Below are positions 50,140 to 59,583 of a DNA stretch of 64,000 nucleotides, piece by piece. Numbering within the stretch: position 1 is the first letter of the stretch; each line of letters starts with the position of its first letter. Under the pieces are notes generated by a model. It was not told the DNA's origin. It saw only the letters and a list, made by a program, of their open reading frames with translations, and ran no database searches. The position numbers and the translations under genes were made by a program. Origin of the DNA: an uncultured Ruficoccus sp. (GTDB taxonomy: Bacteria > Verrucomicrobiota > Verrucomicrobiia > Opitutales > Cerasicoccaceae); contig OZ223514.1 in the NCBI GenBank assembly GCA_965140785.1, forward strand, positions 160,001-224,000, read 5' to 3'.

Positions 50140-51693
50140 ATGCCCACTGTTGAAGAGCGAAAGACGATGAACAAGAAGCCCGTTTTTACGGTGCCCGCGA
50201 AAACTGTCATCAATTTCGCTTCTGAGTTTGAGGAAAAGGGGCTCTGTGACGGGCCGACGTTCTCGACGGGGTCCGCTTGCGCGTATTCGTGCTCCTTTTG
50301 CTATGTGGAGACTCAGATGAACAGAAATCCTCATCTGGAGCCGGTGCGTAAGGCTGGGATGGCCTTTGAGGATGTGGTCGTTCGCCGGGAAAAAGCCCTG
50401 GAACTGATCCGCCAGCAATTAACCGGCAAGGATGGGACTCCCAAATACAAGGATCCCAAAGATCGGAGGGTCATTTATTCCTCTCCGCTTGTGGATGTGG
50501 CCGCTAATATGGTTCTGGTGAAAGAGACCGTTGAAGTCTGCAAAGTGATTCTGGAGCTTACGAACTGGCAAATACGGTTGTTATCGAAGTCAAATCTCCT
50601 GCCCAAAGTCGCCTGCGAGATTCCTGAGCCGTGGAAAGATCGGATGATCTACGGGGTCTCCACAGGCACCTTGGACGATCGCCTGGCACGAGCGTTTGAG
50701 CAAGGCACCCCGAATGTGAGCAAACGCATCGAATCCCTGCACTGGCTGCAAGACAACGGATATAGAACCTACGGGATGATCTGCCCGAGCTTACCCCAGG
50801 ATGATTATGAGAAATTTGCTCGTCAGATGGCGGCAGCCATTCGGGTCGATCGGTGTGAGCATGTCTGGGCGGAGGTGATCAATTTACGGGGTCGCTCTTT
50901 CAAGCGCACAGTGGAGGCGCTTGAGCGTGCTGGCTTCAGCCGTGAGGCGGAGCAATTGACATCGGTCAGTGGCTCGGGGAAAAAGGAAGCGTGGGAGGCC
51001 TATGCCCGTGCGACTTTCGAAGCGCACGCAAAAGTCATCCCCGCTCATAAGCTCCGGTTCCTTCAATACGTCACGCCCGATACCCGTCAGTGGTGGAGTG
51101 AACGCAAGGATCAGGGGGCCGTTGTGCTGGGCAAGGAAACCGATGCGTTGTCCACGGTGGAGCGGACGCGTTTTCGCGAGCTCGACAAGGTGGTGGTGAA
51201 AGCGGCGAGGTCATTTATCGATGCGGGTATAGCGCTTGAGGAGATTAAAGTCAGCAGGCTGTACCGGGATCAGTTCGCGACGTTTGAGGCCTACTGTTTG
51301 AACGTGCACAACATCTCCCGAGCCTATGCCTACCACCTGATCAAAGCGGGGCATATCTACAAGGAAATGTCTACAATTGTAGACAAGAGAATGCCGACCC
51401 TGGAGCTGGTTAAGAATGAAGCGCAAATACGCGAACTCGGTCGCCTGCCCGATGCGGGCGCCCGTCTGGAGGTGCTGGAGCAGCTTGAGAGCGACGGAGA
51501 TATTACTGCGATGCGTATCCGGGAGGCGGTGGATATACGTCTGGCCGATGAGCCGAAGCCAGATCGTAAACCCAGCCCCACGGGCCGCCTTCAATCAGCC
51601 CGCGAATTGTTGCCGCACCTCGAACAGGCTATTGAGACGGGAGGCGATTGGCAGTCATACCTTCAGCAATTGAAAACGTTGCTTGCGGAATAG
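50140..51693 (+). CDS. Radical SAM protein (spore photoproduct lyase-like) fused to a phage-type helical domain
   Basis: CAYSCSFC (CxxxCxxC); RLLSKS; FEQGTPNVSKRIESL; C-terminal AGIALEEIK..RLYR...TFEAYC...AYHLIKA...NEAQIREL. Confidence 0.8.
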   Translation: MPTVEERKTMNKKPVFTVPAKTVINFASEFEEKGLCDGPTFSTGSACAYSCSFCYVETQMNRNPHLEPVRKAGMAFEDVVVRREKALELIRQQLTGKDGTPKYKDPKDRRVIYSSPLVDVAANMVLVKETVEVCKVILELTNWQIRLLSKSNLLPKVACEIPEPWKDRMIYGVSTGTLDDRLARAFEQGTPNVSKRIESLHWLQDNGYRTYGMICPSLPQDDYEKFARQMAAAIRVDRCEHVWAEVINLRGRSFKRTVEALERAGFSREAEQLTSVSGSGKKEAWEAYARATFEAHAKVIPAHKLRFLQYVTPDTRQWWSERKDQGAVVLGKETDALSTVERTRFRELDKVVVKAARSFIDAGIALEEIKVSRLYRDQFATFEAYCLNVHNISRAYAYHLIKAGHIYKEMSTIVDKRMPTLELVKNEAQIRELGRLPDAGARLEVLEQLESDGDITAMRIREAVDIRLADEPKPDRKPSPTGRLQSARELLPHLEQAIETGGDWQSYLQQLKTLLAE

Positions 51694-51849
51694 CCAACCG
51701 AGTCGGGTGATCCACATGGACTCAGGAATAACTTTGAGATGCGGCAAAGAGCCAGCGCGATCACGATTATCGGGAGTTTATCGGCTGCAATTATTCCTGA
51801 CGAATTCGCCGAGAATAAGACCTGTGCGAAAACGGATTTTTTAGAGGCG

Positions 51850-51887
51850 CGGTCATTAGTGACCGGACCCTCGGTCATCTATGACCG
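51850..51887. repeat. Two tandem palindromes CGGTCA-N4-TGACCG, 22 bp apart
   Basis: CGGTCA-TTAG-TGACCG (51850-51865) and CGGTCA-TCTA-TGACCG (51872-51887). Confidence 0.8.
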
Positions 51888-52297
51888 AGGGTAGGAGCGA
51901 TCCGGAAGGGAATCCGTTTTTAAACAGTACGGCTTTATCAACAACTTATGAAATCCAAAAAGACGAGAAATCCGGGCCTAATATAAATATTAAGAAAGCA
52001 AGTAAGGGCACTTGCCTGCTTTTTGATGAAAACACGTGGAATCGGTTTGTTGTGTCTATCCCCGAAACGATGAGTCCGAGACACGCGATCTCGGTGGCGC
52101 AAGATTTACCATCACGACCCCGGCACTCGGGCATCCATCGACGGATCACTAAAACGACGAGGATTAAAATAAACAAAGCCAAAGGGCTTATGGCACCTAG
52201 GGATACCTTTGGCGCCTAAAAGTGCGTTAAACCATTATTTATTTAATTCCTAGGGCCATTCTGATCGGGCAACCCCATCGTCAGTATGCCGCGGGAG

Positions 52298-52567
52298 TCA
52301 CTTGCGATGCACCCGGCTGCTGACGACTTTTTTGGCGAGCTTGGTTTTGGCGGGGAGTTCCGGGGCGAGGAATTCGTGTACCTCCAGGCAGAAGGCGGCG
52401 GCGAGGCGTTCGACGGTGGAGACCCAGATTTCCTTTTTGCGCCCGGCTTCGATCTGCTGGACGAAGTTCTGGTTGAAGTCGGCCAGTTCCGCCAGCTCCT
52501 GCTGAGTCAGCCCATGGCGTTTGCGCAGTTCACGCAAGCGCGTGCCGACTCGGGTAACAGAATTCAT
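52298..52567 (-). CDS. XRE family HTH transcriptional regulator
   Basis: RLRELRKRHGLTQQELAELADFNQNFVQQIEAG. Confidence 0.92.
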   Translation of the reverse strand: MNSVTRVGTRLRELRKRHGLTQQELAELADFNQNFVQQIEAGRKKEIWVSTVERLAAAFCLEVHEFLAPELPAKTKLAKKVVSSRVHRK

Positions 52568-52570
52568 ATC

Positions 52571-52619
52571 CCAGTGATCATAGGGGAAATGGCTTGACTT
52601 TGTTACCTGTGATCACTGG
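52571..52619. promoter_or_regulatory. Paired candidate XRE operators
   Basis: CCAGTGATCATAGG (52571-52584) and CCTGTGATCACTGG (52606-52619); minus-strand TATGAT -10 at 52577-52582; plus-strand TTGACT at 52594. Confidence 0.65.
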
Positions 52620-52685
52620 GGTGGTGGTTGCATGCTTAATGCGACCCTGCATTCTCAGCGAGCGAACACCCGAACCCATCCAGCT

Positions 52686-52838
52686 ATGAAGAAAAAGACC
52701 CTCCTGATCACCCTCGAACTCGCCATCGCCAGCGTTGCGCAGGCGATGGGCGTCAACTGCATCCGCCCCAACGGTACGGGCTGGCATGGCCGCTTTCCGT
52801 GCCCGCACGGCGGGGGCGACGGTATTTTCGGGAACTGA
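52686..52838 (+). CDS. Small secreted peptide with degenerate CxxCxGxG repeats (possibly decaying)
   Basis: MKKKTLLITLELAIASVAQA-MGVNCIRPNGTGWHGRFPCPHGGGDGIFGN. Confidence 0.55.
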   Translation: MKKKTLLITLELAIASVAQAMGVNCIRPNGTGWHGRFPCPHGGGDGIFGN

Positions 52839-52856
52839 TTTCAACGCACAGATACG

Positions 52857-53789
52857 ATGCCCTGGGACCAAGACGCAGTCTACTACTATGCGGATGGCGA
52901 CAATGCCATCGGCCCATTTACGCTGGCGAAGCTTAAGCAGATGACTGCCGCTGGCGTCATCTCGGGTGACGTGAACATTCGCGTCGCAAAAAGCGACGAC
53001 TGGAAACCGCTCTGCGAGTTTATAAAAGTGCCGGAAAAAGTCGCCACCCAGCCATCGCCTATCGGAGTCGGACCCACCTCTTCGGAACCAGCCGCCGTGA
53101 TCTCTTTTTGGAATCGATGCGTTTCGCGTTGGCCGAATGCGTTCATCATCGGCGGCGTCATTTTTCTGTTTGCCTTCTGGCTCTATGCCTGGAGCGGTAA
53201 TCATCTGCGGCCCGGGGGATTTGACTGGCACCTTTACTTGGCCAACGCCGTGGTTGAGATGGGCATTTTGGCTAGCCTGCTTCTCGGCATAAAAGCTCTG
53301 CGGGATGCCCGGAAGCGATCTCCGGTTAAATCAGCCCTGCCTAAATTCTGCGTCAGCTTTTTGTTGGTTCTTTTGTTCCTGATGGCGCTCCCATGTGCTT
53401 TTTTCGTGGTCAACCTTTACTCGGCCTACAACGCCTATACGGCGAAACAGGCTTTCGTTGAGGTTGCCCCGGAGCAATTCAGGGTGTCCATCGTCGAGAA
53501 TCGTCCCGTTCCCGTGCTGGGCGAGGATGCCCTGGTCATGCGCGATATGAGCCGATGGTTTACCCGAGCTCCCTCCCACAACGAAGAGTTTCTGCTTGCG
53601 CAATCGAAACGGAGCGTGTCTCCACCCGTCAGCGAATTACTGGCGATGATGATTTTCTACGAGCGGCATCCGGAAGTGGACTTTACTCAGGCCCTCAGCG
53701 ACAAACTCTACGACCTGGCCAACCTTTACGGCTTTCACTCATGGAACGAGATGAATCAATTCATGTATTCACAAAGCCCGGAATGGTGA
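52857..53789 (+). CDS. GYF_2 (DUF4339)-domain membrane protein
   Basis: YYYADGDNAIGPFTLAKLKQMTAAGVI...DWKPL followed by about three hydrophobic segments. Confidence 0.78.
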   Translation: MPWDQDAVYYYADGDNAIGPFTLAKLKQMTAAGVISGDVNIRVAKSDDWKPLCEFIKVPEKVATQPSPIGVGPTSSEPAAVISFWNRCVSRWPNAFIIGGVIFLFAFWLYAWSGNHLRPGGFDWHLYLANAVVEMGILASLLLGIKALRDARKRSPVKSALPKFCVSFLLVLLFLMALPCAFFVVNLYSAYNAYTAKQAFVEVAPEQFRVSIVENRPVPVLGEDALVMRDMSRWFTRAPSHNEEFLLAQSKRSVSPPVSELLAMMIFYERHPEVDFTQALSDKLYDLANLYGFHSWNEMNQFMYSQSPEW

Positions 53790-53965
53790 TGAGGATGTTT
53801 ATCCGCTCTGTTGTCTTGATTGGATTTTTTGCCCGCCTTGTTCCTGCCGTCCGCCAAGGAACACTTTTTGACGGGCCATTTTTCATCGTGGACCTCGGAC
53901 TCATGGCAGGCATGGCTTGGCTCCTGATCGACGAGTCAAGAGAGCTCAAGAAAAAGAAATCCTGA
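53789..53965 (+). CDS. Small membrane protein
   Basis: TGATG overlap with the upstream gene; two hydrophobic stretches and a basic tail. Confidence 0.5.
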   Translation: MRMFIRSVVLIGFFARLVPAVRQGTLFDGPFFIVDLGLMAGMAWLLIDESRELKKKKS

Positions 53966-54120
53966 CGCATACTCCTTAAGCACGCGACCATGGAAAATCT
54001 GCATCGGGATAGAGGGTTACTTCTCTTCCAGGTTGCAGTGGCTACCATCCGCTCCATCTGCCCCTCTGGCAAGGAGGACAAAAGCCCCCGTCCTCAAACG
54101 GTTCATCAGAGGGATTGACC

Positions 54121-54555
54121 ATGCGACCAGTAGTATCATCCAAGCCCTATCTACTCGCAGCCGTGCTCATCCTGATCGGGCCTGACCTCAGCGCCGCCCG
54201 CTGTCATCCCGAGTCGTACTACCGGAACTGGGCCGCTGCCGAACTCGGCGGTGAAACCGAGGTTGTCCTTCCCAACGGCACTCGCTGCGACATCCTCACT
54301 GAGCACTACGCGGTCGAGGTGGACTTTGCCGACAAGTGGGCCGAAGCCCTCGGCCAGTGCCTCAACTACGCGGCCCAGACTCATCGCCAACCGGGCATCG
54401 TCCTCATTCTCGAATCCCCCGACGACAAACGCCACCTCGCCCGTCTGCAAGAAACTGTCGAGCACTACCGGCTGCCCGTCAGGATCATGCCGCTTTACGG
54501 TTTTATACCCTCAGCATTTGAACCCAAAAAGATGAAACCCTCCGAGGGACCCTGA
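54121..54555 (+). CDS. Hypothetical exported protein with PD-(D/E)XK nuclease-like motifs
   Basis: Hydrophobic N-terminus; E..Y, TRCDIL, AVEVDFADKW, ALGQCLNYA, GIVLI. Confidence 0.65.
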   Translation: MRPVVSSKPYLLAAVLILIGPDLSAARCHPESYYRNWAAAELGGETEVVLPNGTRCDILTEHYAVEVDFADKWAEALGQCLNYAAQTHRQPGIVLILESPDDKRHLARLQETVEHYRLPVRIMPLYGFIPSAFEPKKMKPSEGP

Positions 54556-54589
54556 TTGAGATGTCCGGGGTGGGGGATTGACACCTCTT

Positions 54590-55282
54590 TTAATTTATAT
54601 CCCAAAGCCCGTCAGTATCAGTAAAATCACTGTTGGGCTCCGCCGAACTTACATGTCCATCTGCCCAGAGTACATTTGCTTCATTATCATGCCTAAAGGC
54701 CACTGAATTGGATTCTTCACTCTTCCATCCTCCCCATGATGCCGGGCGCACGAATGGACGCCAATTTTCTCCATCACGAATAACTATGTCGGTTATCATA
54801 ACGGTCTCCACAGGATTGAGGATTTCGTTTTGGTGACGGATAAGAATATTCACATTTGTTTCAGGGTTAGGCGCGTAGGGAGACAGCCATTTGTAATTCA
54901 GGCCATACCCATAGCGATCAGGAAGACTCGGGCACACAAAGACAGACCGCACCGTTCCCATGGTTGCTAAATCCTGATCGTCGGCAACGCCCACATATTC
55001 AGCCAGTAGCCCCGGCCAATGCTTTTCATCGAAGGGGTCCGTTGTGTTTTCATTGGGATAGTATACGGGCACAATAGCTCCGCCATGATCATTGCTGTAC
55101 AATTTTGCCGCAACTCCGATCTGACGTAAATTAGACGCACACTTAACACTATTGTTTGAGGATTGAATGGTGCCAACAACAGGAATTAAAATCGCCAACA
55201 ACAAGACTATCACTGCCATGGATGAAAGCAATTCAATGAGCGTAAAGGCGCGCTTAAATATAGATTTTCTATCCCAATACAT
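54590..55282 (-). CDS. Prepilin-type N-terminal cleavage/methylation protein with H-X9-DG domain
   Basis: AFTLIELL; KCASNLRQIG; FRHDNEANVLWADGHV. Confidence 0.92.
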   Translation of the reverse strand: MYWDRKSIFKRAFTLIELLSSMAVIVLLLAILIPVVGTIQSSNNSVKCASNLRQIGVAAKLYSNDHGGAIVPVYYPNENTTDPFDEKHWPGLLAEYVGVADDQDLATMGTVRSVFVCPSLPDRYGYGLNYKWLSPYAPNPETNVNILIRHQNEILNPVETVMITDIVIRDGENWRPFVRPASWGGWKSEESNSVAFRHDNEANVLWADGHVSSAEPNSDFTDTDGLWDIN

Positions 55283-55327
55283 AGCTCTTAAATAAATTTA
55301 TATCCAACACCAAGCACACCAATACGC

Positions 55328-58126
55328 CTAACGTTTCAATATATCTTCGATTTCATTCTCAGGAAAATCGTCCCCCCCAGTCAGGAACACGCACTCTGCA
55401 CCCACGTACTCATTTTCATCTATAGGATTCCCATATATATCGGATGGGGAAAATTTCGCTAAACCTTCGATCGCCACACTGACTTTTTCGTCGGGATCTG
55501 GTTGCAGCACAGCTGCCCAACCAGTATCAGAAGCAAAGACCAGGGCCCTTAATCCCTCAGTCAACTGGACCTCCTGACTGAAAGGCTTGCCCTCGATTCG
55601 CCAGCTCAGGGCAGACAACGCGATAGCCGTAGGGTGCGGATAGCCATCCTCCGTGACGAGCAAACGGTACGGATAGCCGTTGTCGAAATGTCGACCCTGC
55701 TTATGCATTGAATAAAGAAACACTTTCTTCGCGCCCGCTGCCAATACGCCTGCAATATGCCGCACCAGGCGATCGGCCGCATAGCGGTCATCACCTTCGC
55801 CGGGGAGCGGCAAACTATGGTAATAAAACCCGGCACTGGTCATTTTCTGAATCGCATTTCCTTCGGTCATCCAGACTTGGCGTGGAAGCTGACCGTCCTG
55901 ATCACGTAGCGGGTCGATAGCAATGGCGAATCCGTTTTCCAAACTATCGCCGGAGTAGCCGGGGTGCTCGTAAACATATTGATGATAAGAGATGACATCC
56001 ACCGAACAGAGTGCGTTATCATCGAGCAACTGGAGCGTCCACTCGCTGCCAGCTATTTTACTTCCCGGCACCGCGTGATTTCCTCCGGTGGTGTTAAAGC
56101 CGACGATTGCCAGCCCTGGGTCAACGAGTTTTGCAGCGTCATAGGCCGTGCGCTGGAGACGCGCATAATCGCCTGCAGGATCATCGCCCATGACTGCGTG
56201 CGTTCGTCCGTCTTTGTCTCGGCGGAGGTCTTTTTTCCAGAACTCTGCCATCCAAGGTTCATTCCAGACTTCCCAATAACGAATACTATGTTGGTAGCGG
56301 CGTGTGACTTTATCTACATAGTTAGCAAACTCATCCAAGTTGTCCGGCTGATAATAGCGGTCGGTCCAGCTATGCGGTCCTACACGCTGAAGCGCAGATG
56401 CCCATCCCGGCGAGCTTCCCAGCTGCCCCAAGACCATGAGGTCATGGTCACGATAGCGCTGAATCGCGGCATCATTGAACTCCCATTGGCCGGGCTCGGG
56501 CTCCAGAAAGTACCACCCCACGTACTGGATACCGGCATCGTGTAGACGCACCCAGTTAATGCCAATCGCCTTGGCGACGTCCATCGCGCGGTTGGTGGAC
56601 ATCAGGTGTGAACCGAATGGAGAGTCAGGCGCATCCTGCCCCCAGAAGCGCGGCCGTGGAACGCGGCTGACAACCAACTCTTCATAAGGGCTGATGCGTT
56701 GGCCATCCGGAGCCTCGACCCATGCCTCAAAACGAAAATTACCGTAGGGTAAACCGGGAAATTCCGGAAGAGCCCACTCTCCATTGGGTTCCCCGTCTGA
56801 ACCGGGTAACTCAATGTCGGGCACAGCGAGTTGCTGGTCATATAGGTTGACCACTTTGGCGCGCAGGGATGAACCTTCTGGCAGTTCCCCAGTCACAGCC
56901 CAACGGGCCGCAGGAGTATCGGCGGGCTCATCGGAAAAGAGGATGCGGTTGCTCCGAGTGGCTGCTAATGCCACCTCAGCAGCGAACCCGGTCTCATACT
57001 CAGTCGCGTCTTCACCAGGGGCCACGCGAAGCGCATCGATCCAAAGCACACCTTCATTCTCCAGCATGAGGAATAAGCCCCCATCCGATGATCCAGGGAA
57101 AAAGGGAAGTCCTACACGCGTCCACTCTTCTCCCGATGCAGAAAACTCGCAGGAATTAAGCACCTCGGTATCGGAGCAAACAGACAGGCGCCCCTTTCCG
57201 TTGCCATAGACTGCCAGTGAAGCGACATGAGCTCCTGTGTCCAGGCAAGCAAAGGGCTCAGTCATGACACGTGAACTGATGCCCGCCTGCGCTTCGATAC
57301 GCAGGGGCGATACCCCGGATGGTCCCTTTTTAGTCGTATCGGTGGAAATGACAACCTCATCGCCATCCGAGAGGTTGCGATGCAGCATCCAGTGCGGGGG
57401 CAACCCAAGGGGGAAGCGTGTGGTGCGCAGGAGATTGGTTTTCAAGGGAGCAAGTGTTTTATGTTGCAAGGCTGACTCACACAGGGAGGCATCCGTTATT
57501 TCGGCAGAAAAGCTCATAATATCGATGGCCCCCGAGCCACTGGTGGACAACACCACCTGTATATCGCTTAGGGGAACTTCCGCCTGCCAGGACACGTTTC
57601 GCGTGGTCCAGCCAGAGCCCGGTTTCAGGTCGAATGTTTCCAGTGGCTTCGATGCGTCATCTTTTTTCTGAACAAGACTCAATACAACCGGCGTCAGACT
57701 TGGGCTGCGCAGTGTGATCTGTATTTTTAAAGAATCTCCCACTGCCAGTTCGCCAATATCGGTGGAAATAGCTGAAAACGCATCTTCTTCCAATGCGCCG
57801 GCTTCCCAATGCAGGACCGGAATTCCATCCATGATCATACGACTATACCGTGAGTGAGTCTCTTTCGGTTCGGAAGCCTCCGACCAACCGCCGGGCAGAC
57901 GACCTTTTCTTCCTTCCACCGGGTTCCATTTTGCCGCAGGGGCCTCCAAGTGCATCTGACTGACTGTACGCACCACCGCCTGCATAACTTCCCAGACTCC
58001 CCCATGGGGTTCCGGGGAATACGGTTCGATCGCAAGCGACGATCCGCTCAGTGCGCAGACTGAGATAAGCCAGCCGATCAGCGGGAACAACCGCCGCCAT
58101 GGCAGGGTGAGATTTGCAAATGTCAT
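55328..58126 (-). CDS. Secreted clan GH-A glycoside hydrolase (GH39/GH5-like) with N-terminal CBM-like domains
   Basis: Signal peptide; DSPFGSH; GINWVRLHD; YWEVWNEP; DVISYHQY; VWMTEG. Confidence 0.78.
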   Translation of the reverse strand: MTFANLTLPWRRLFPLIGWLISVCALSGSSLAIEPYSPEPHGGVWEVMQAVVRTVSQMHLEAPAAKWNPVEGRKGRLPGGWSEASEPKETHSRYSRMIMDGIPVLHWEAGALEEDAFSAISTDIGELAVGDSLKIQITLRSPSLTPVVLSLVQKKDDASKPLETFDLKPGSGWTTRNVSWQAEVPLSDIQVVLSTSGSGAIDIMSFSAEITDASLCESALQHKTLAPLKTNLLRTTRFPLGLPPHWMLHRNLSDGDEVVISTDTTKKGPSGVSPLRIEAQAGISSRVMTEPFACLDTGAHVASLAVYGNGKGRLSVCSDTEVLNSCEFSASGEEWTRVGLPFFPGSSDGGLFLMLENEGVLWIDALRVAPGEDATEYETGFAAEVALAATRSNRILFSDEPADTPAARWAVTGELPEGSSLRAKVVNLYDQQLAVPDIELPGSDGEPNGEWALPEFPGLPYGNFRFEAWVEAPDGQRISPYEELVVSRVPRPRFWGQDAPDSPFGSHLMSTNRAMDVAKAIGINWVRLHDAGIQYVGWYFLEPEPGQWEFNDAAIQRYRDHDLMVLGQLGSSPGWASALQRVGPHSWTDRYYQPDNLDEFANYVDKVTRRYQHSIRYWEVWNEPWMAEFWKKDLRRDKDGRTHAVMGDDPAGDYARLQRTAYDAAKLVDPGLAIVGFNTTGGNHAVPGSKIAGSEWTLQLLDDNALCSVDVISYHQYVYEHPGYSGDSLENGFAIAIDPLRDQDGQLPRQVWMTEGNAIQKMTSAGFYYHSLPLPGEGDDRYAADRLVRHIAGVLAAGAKKVFLYSMHKQGRHFDNGYPYRLLVTEDGYPHPTAIALSALSWRIEGKPFSQEVQLTEGLRALVFASDTGWAAVLQPDPDEKVSVAIEGLAKFSPSDIYGNPIDENEYVGAECVFLTGGDDFPENEIEDILKR

Positions 58127-58749
58127 TTCTCGAGTTTCAGGTCGAAATACTCAACCACAGGCTCATCACGCTTCTGTGCATAGCCTGACACGCCGACAAA
58201 GCGTGGGCGGATGTCGAAGGGCAAGTTCGCCAGTTCATAGGCATCCAGTACCAGTTTGTCATTGACGTGAAGGGTCAGGGTCTGGGCCTTCAGATCGATA
58301 TTAAGCAGAAACTTAGTCGGTCGATCAGCGGAATAATCCTTGATCTTGGCCAGCCTGATTTTCGTAACTTTCCCAGACTGGGGATCTGTATAGTGACATT
58401 CGAATTCGGCATTCCGGTTGAGCAACACGAAGACGCCACCGGGCCACAGGATATTGATTTTGCCGTCCGGCGGAGTACCTAATCCAATAGCCACCCACCC
58501 CTCGTCCTTACTGACAGGATGGTTAAACAGCCCCGCTTCAATCGTGATTCCCTGAGTGCCTTCAGGCACAGCGGCCCGAGCCAGAAAGTTCCCAGGGTCC
58601 AATACGCTGAACAACCCCTGACCTGATTCATGCGATAGATTTTTAAGGTTATTCAATTGCCAGCCCAGCGTCCCTGGACTGGCTGCTGCCGACACTGCGG
58701 ATACAATCGCAAATCCGCAAAACATGCATGTAGATTTAATAAAACCCAT
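58123..58749 (-). CDS. Hypothetical secreted beta-sandwich-like protein
   Basis: Signal peptide ending AAA; 4-nt overlap with the downstream GH gene. Confidence 0.7.
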   Translation of the reverse strand: MGFIKSTCMFCGFAIVSAVSAAASPGTLGWQLNNLKNLSHESGQGLFSVLDPGNFLARAAVPEGTQGITIEAGLFNHPVSKDEGWVAIGLGTPPDGKINILWPGGVFVLLNRNAEFECHYTDPQSGKVTKIRLAKIKDYSADRPTKFLLNIDLKAQTLTLHVNDKLVLDAYELANLPFDIRPRFVGVSGYAQKRDEPVVEYFDLKLEK

Positions 58750-58773
58750 GGCAATATCAACCCGGTTGCAAGG

Positions 58774-59499
58774 TTAGCGGTTCCGGCGGCGACGCAAGGC
58801 AAGCAATGCGCCAAGGCTAGCCAGCCCCAGTATCAGCGAACACGTGGAAACTTCCGGAATGGCCGAAACTGTACCATTCACGACATAATTGTCATAGTCG
58901 ATATAGATGTTGGTGCCACCAAAGGGATAGATGCGGAATTCCAATGTCGAAGTGATGCTGTCGAAGTCCAGGCCACTGAGATCCACGCTATAGGAAGTAT
59001 AATTCGGACGCTGGGAGCCAATGCTCGAGCTATCCGGCGTAACGGTCAAATCATTCGTAAATCCGTCAGCGCTGCTACGCACCTGGAAGCCACGCGTCGA
59101 ACCGCCAGCACGGGCCGCATCGAGGGTAAAGCTGTCGAGGTCCAGCTCCATATTCTCGTCCGGAGTGATGCTGAATCCGAAGTAGGAAGTCGGAGTAAAA
59201 GTGGTGACACCTTCCGGATTCACGAGCAGGAAGTTATCCGCGTAACCGACCGAAGATCCATTGCCAATGGAGATCGTAAGGTTACCGCTAAGGTCCGTCA
59301 CATGGCTGGCCGTCAGTCCGCCTGCTATTGTGCTCGGGGCATATTGTGAGCCCGTTTCATTATTGGTCGCCGATCCGTTGAAATCATAGCCGACAAGAAC
59401 AGCGGCCTGGGTGGTGAGGCAAGAAGCAACACATGCCAGGAAAGGAGCAAGCAGGAGCTTCGAGGTGCTACATACACGGGATATCCTATTGATTTTCAT
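58774..59499 (-). CDS. PEP-CTERM-type sorting domain protein
   Basis: Signal peptide ending TQA; C-terminus AIPEVST + transmembrane segment + RRRRNR. Confidence 0.9.
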   Translation of the reverse strand: MKINRISRVCSTSKLLLAPFLACVASCLTTQAAVLVGYDFNGSATNNETGSQYAPSTIAGGLTASHVTDLSGNLTISIGNGSSVGYADNFLLVNPEGVTTFTPTSYFGFSITPDENMELDLDSFTLDAARAGGSTRGFQVRSSADGFTNDLTVTPDSSSIGSQRPNYTSYSVDLSGLDFDSITSTLEFRIYPFGGTNIYIDYDNYVVNGTVSAIPEVSTCSLILGLASLGALLALRRRRNR

Positions 59500-59583
59500 A
59501 TCGATGTATTTTGGGTTATATTTGGGGTTAAAAGACAAAGGCCAGTAACGTTCTCCATGATTTCTACCCACGCTGGCGCATTG

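Noticed and set aside
51881..52219. ORFs 51881..52219 (+) and 51946..52182 (-)
   Set aside because: No motifs and mutually overlapping; neither can be supported as a gene.
50059..52680. Similar segments GAACACCCGCACCCCATC (minus, ~50059-50076) and GAACACCCGAACCCATC (plus, ~52664-52680) as terminal inverted repeats
   Set aside because: Short and gapped, with no target duplication or transposase; could be chance.
50140..54555. Intact prophage or integrative element
   Set aside because: No integrase, structural or conjugation genes, tRNA or att repeats seen; at most a remnant island.
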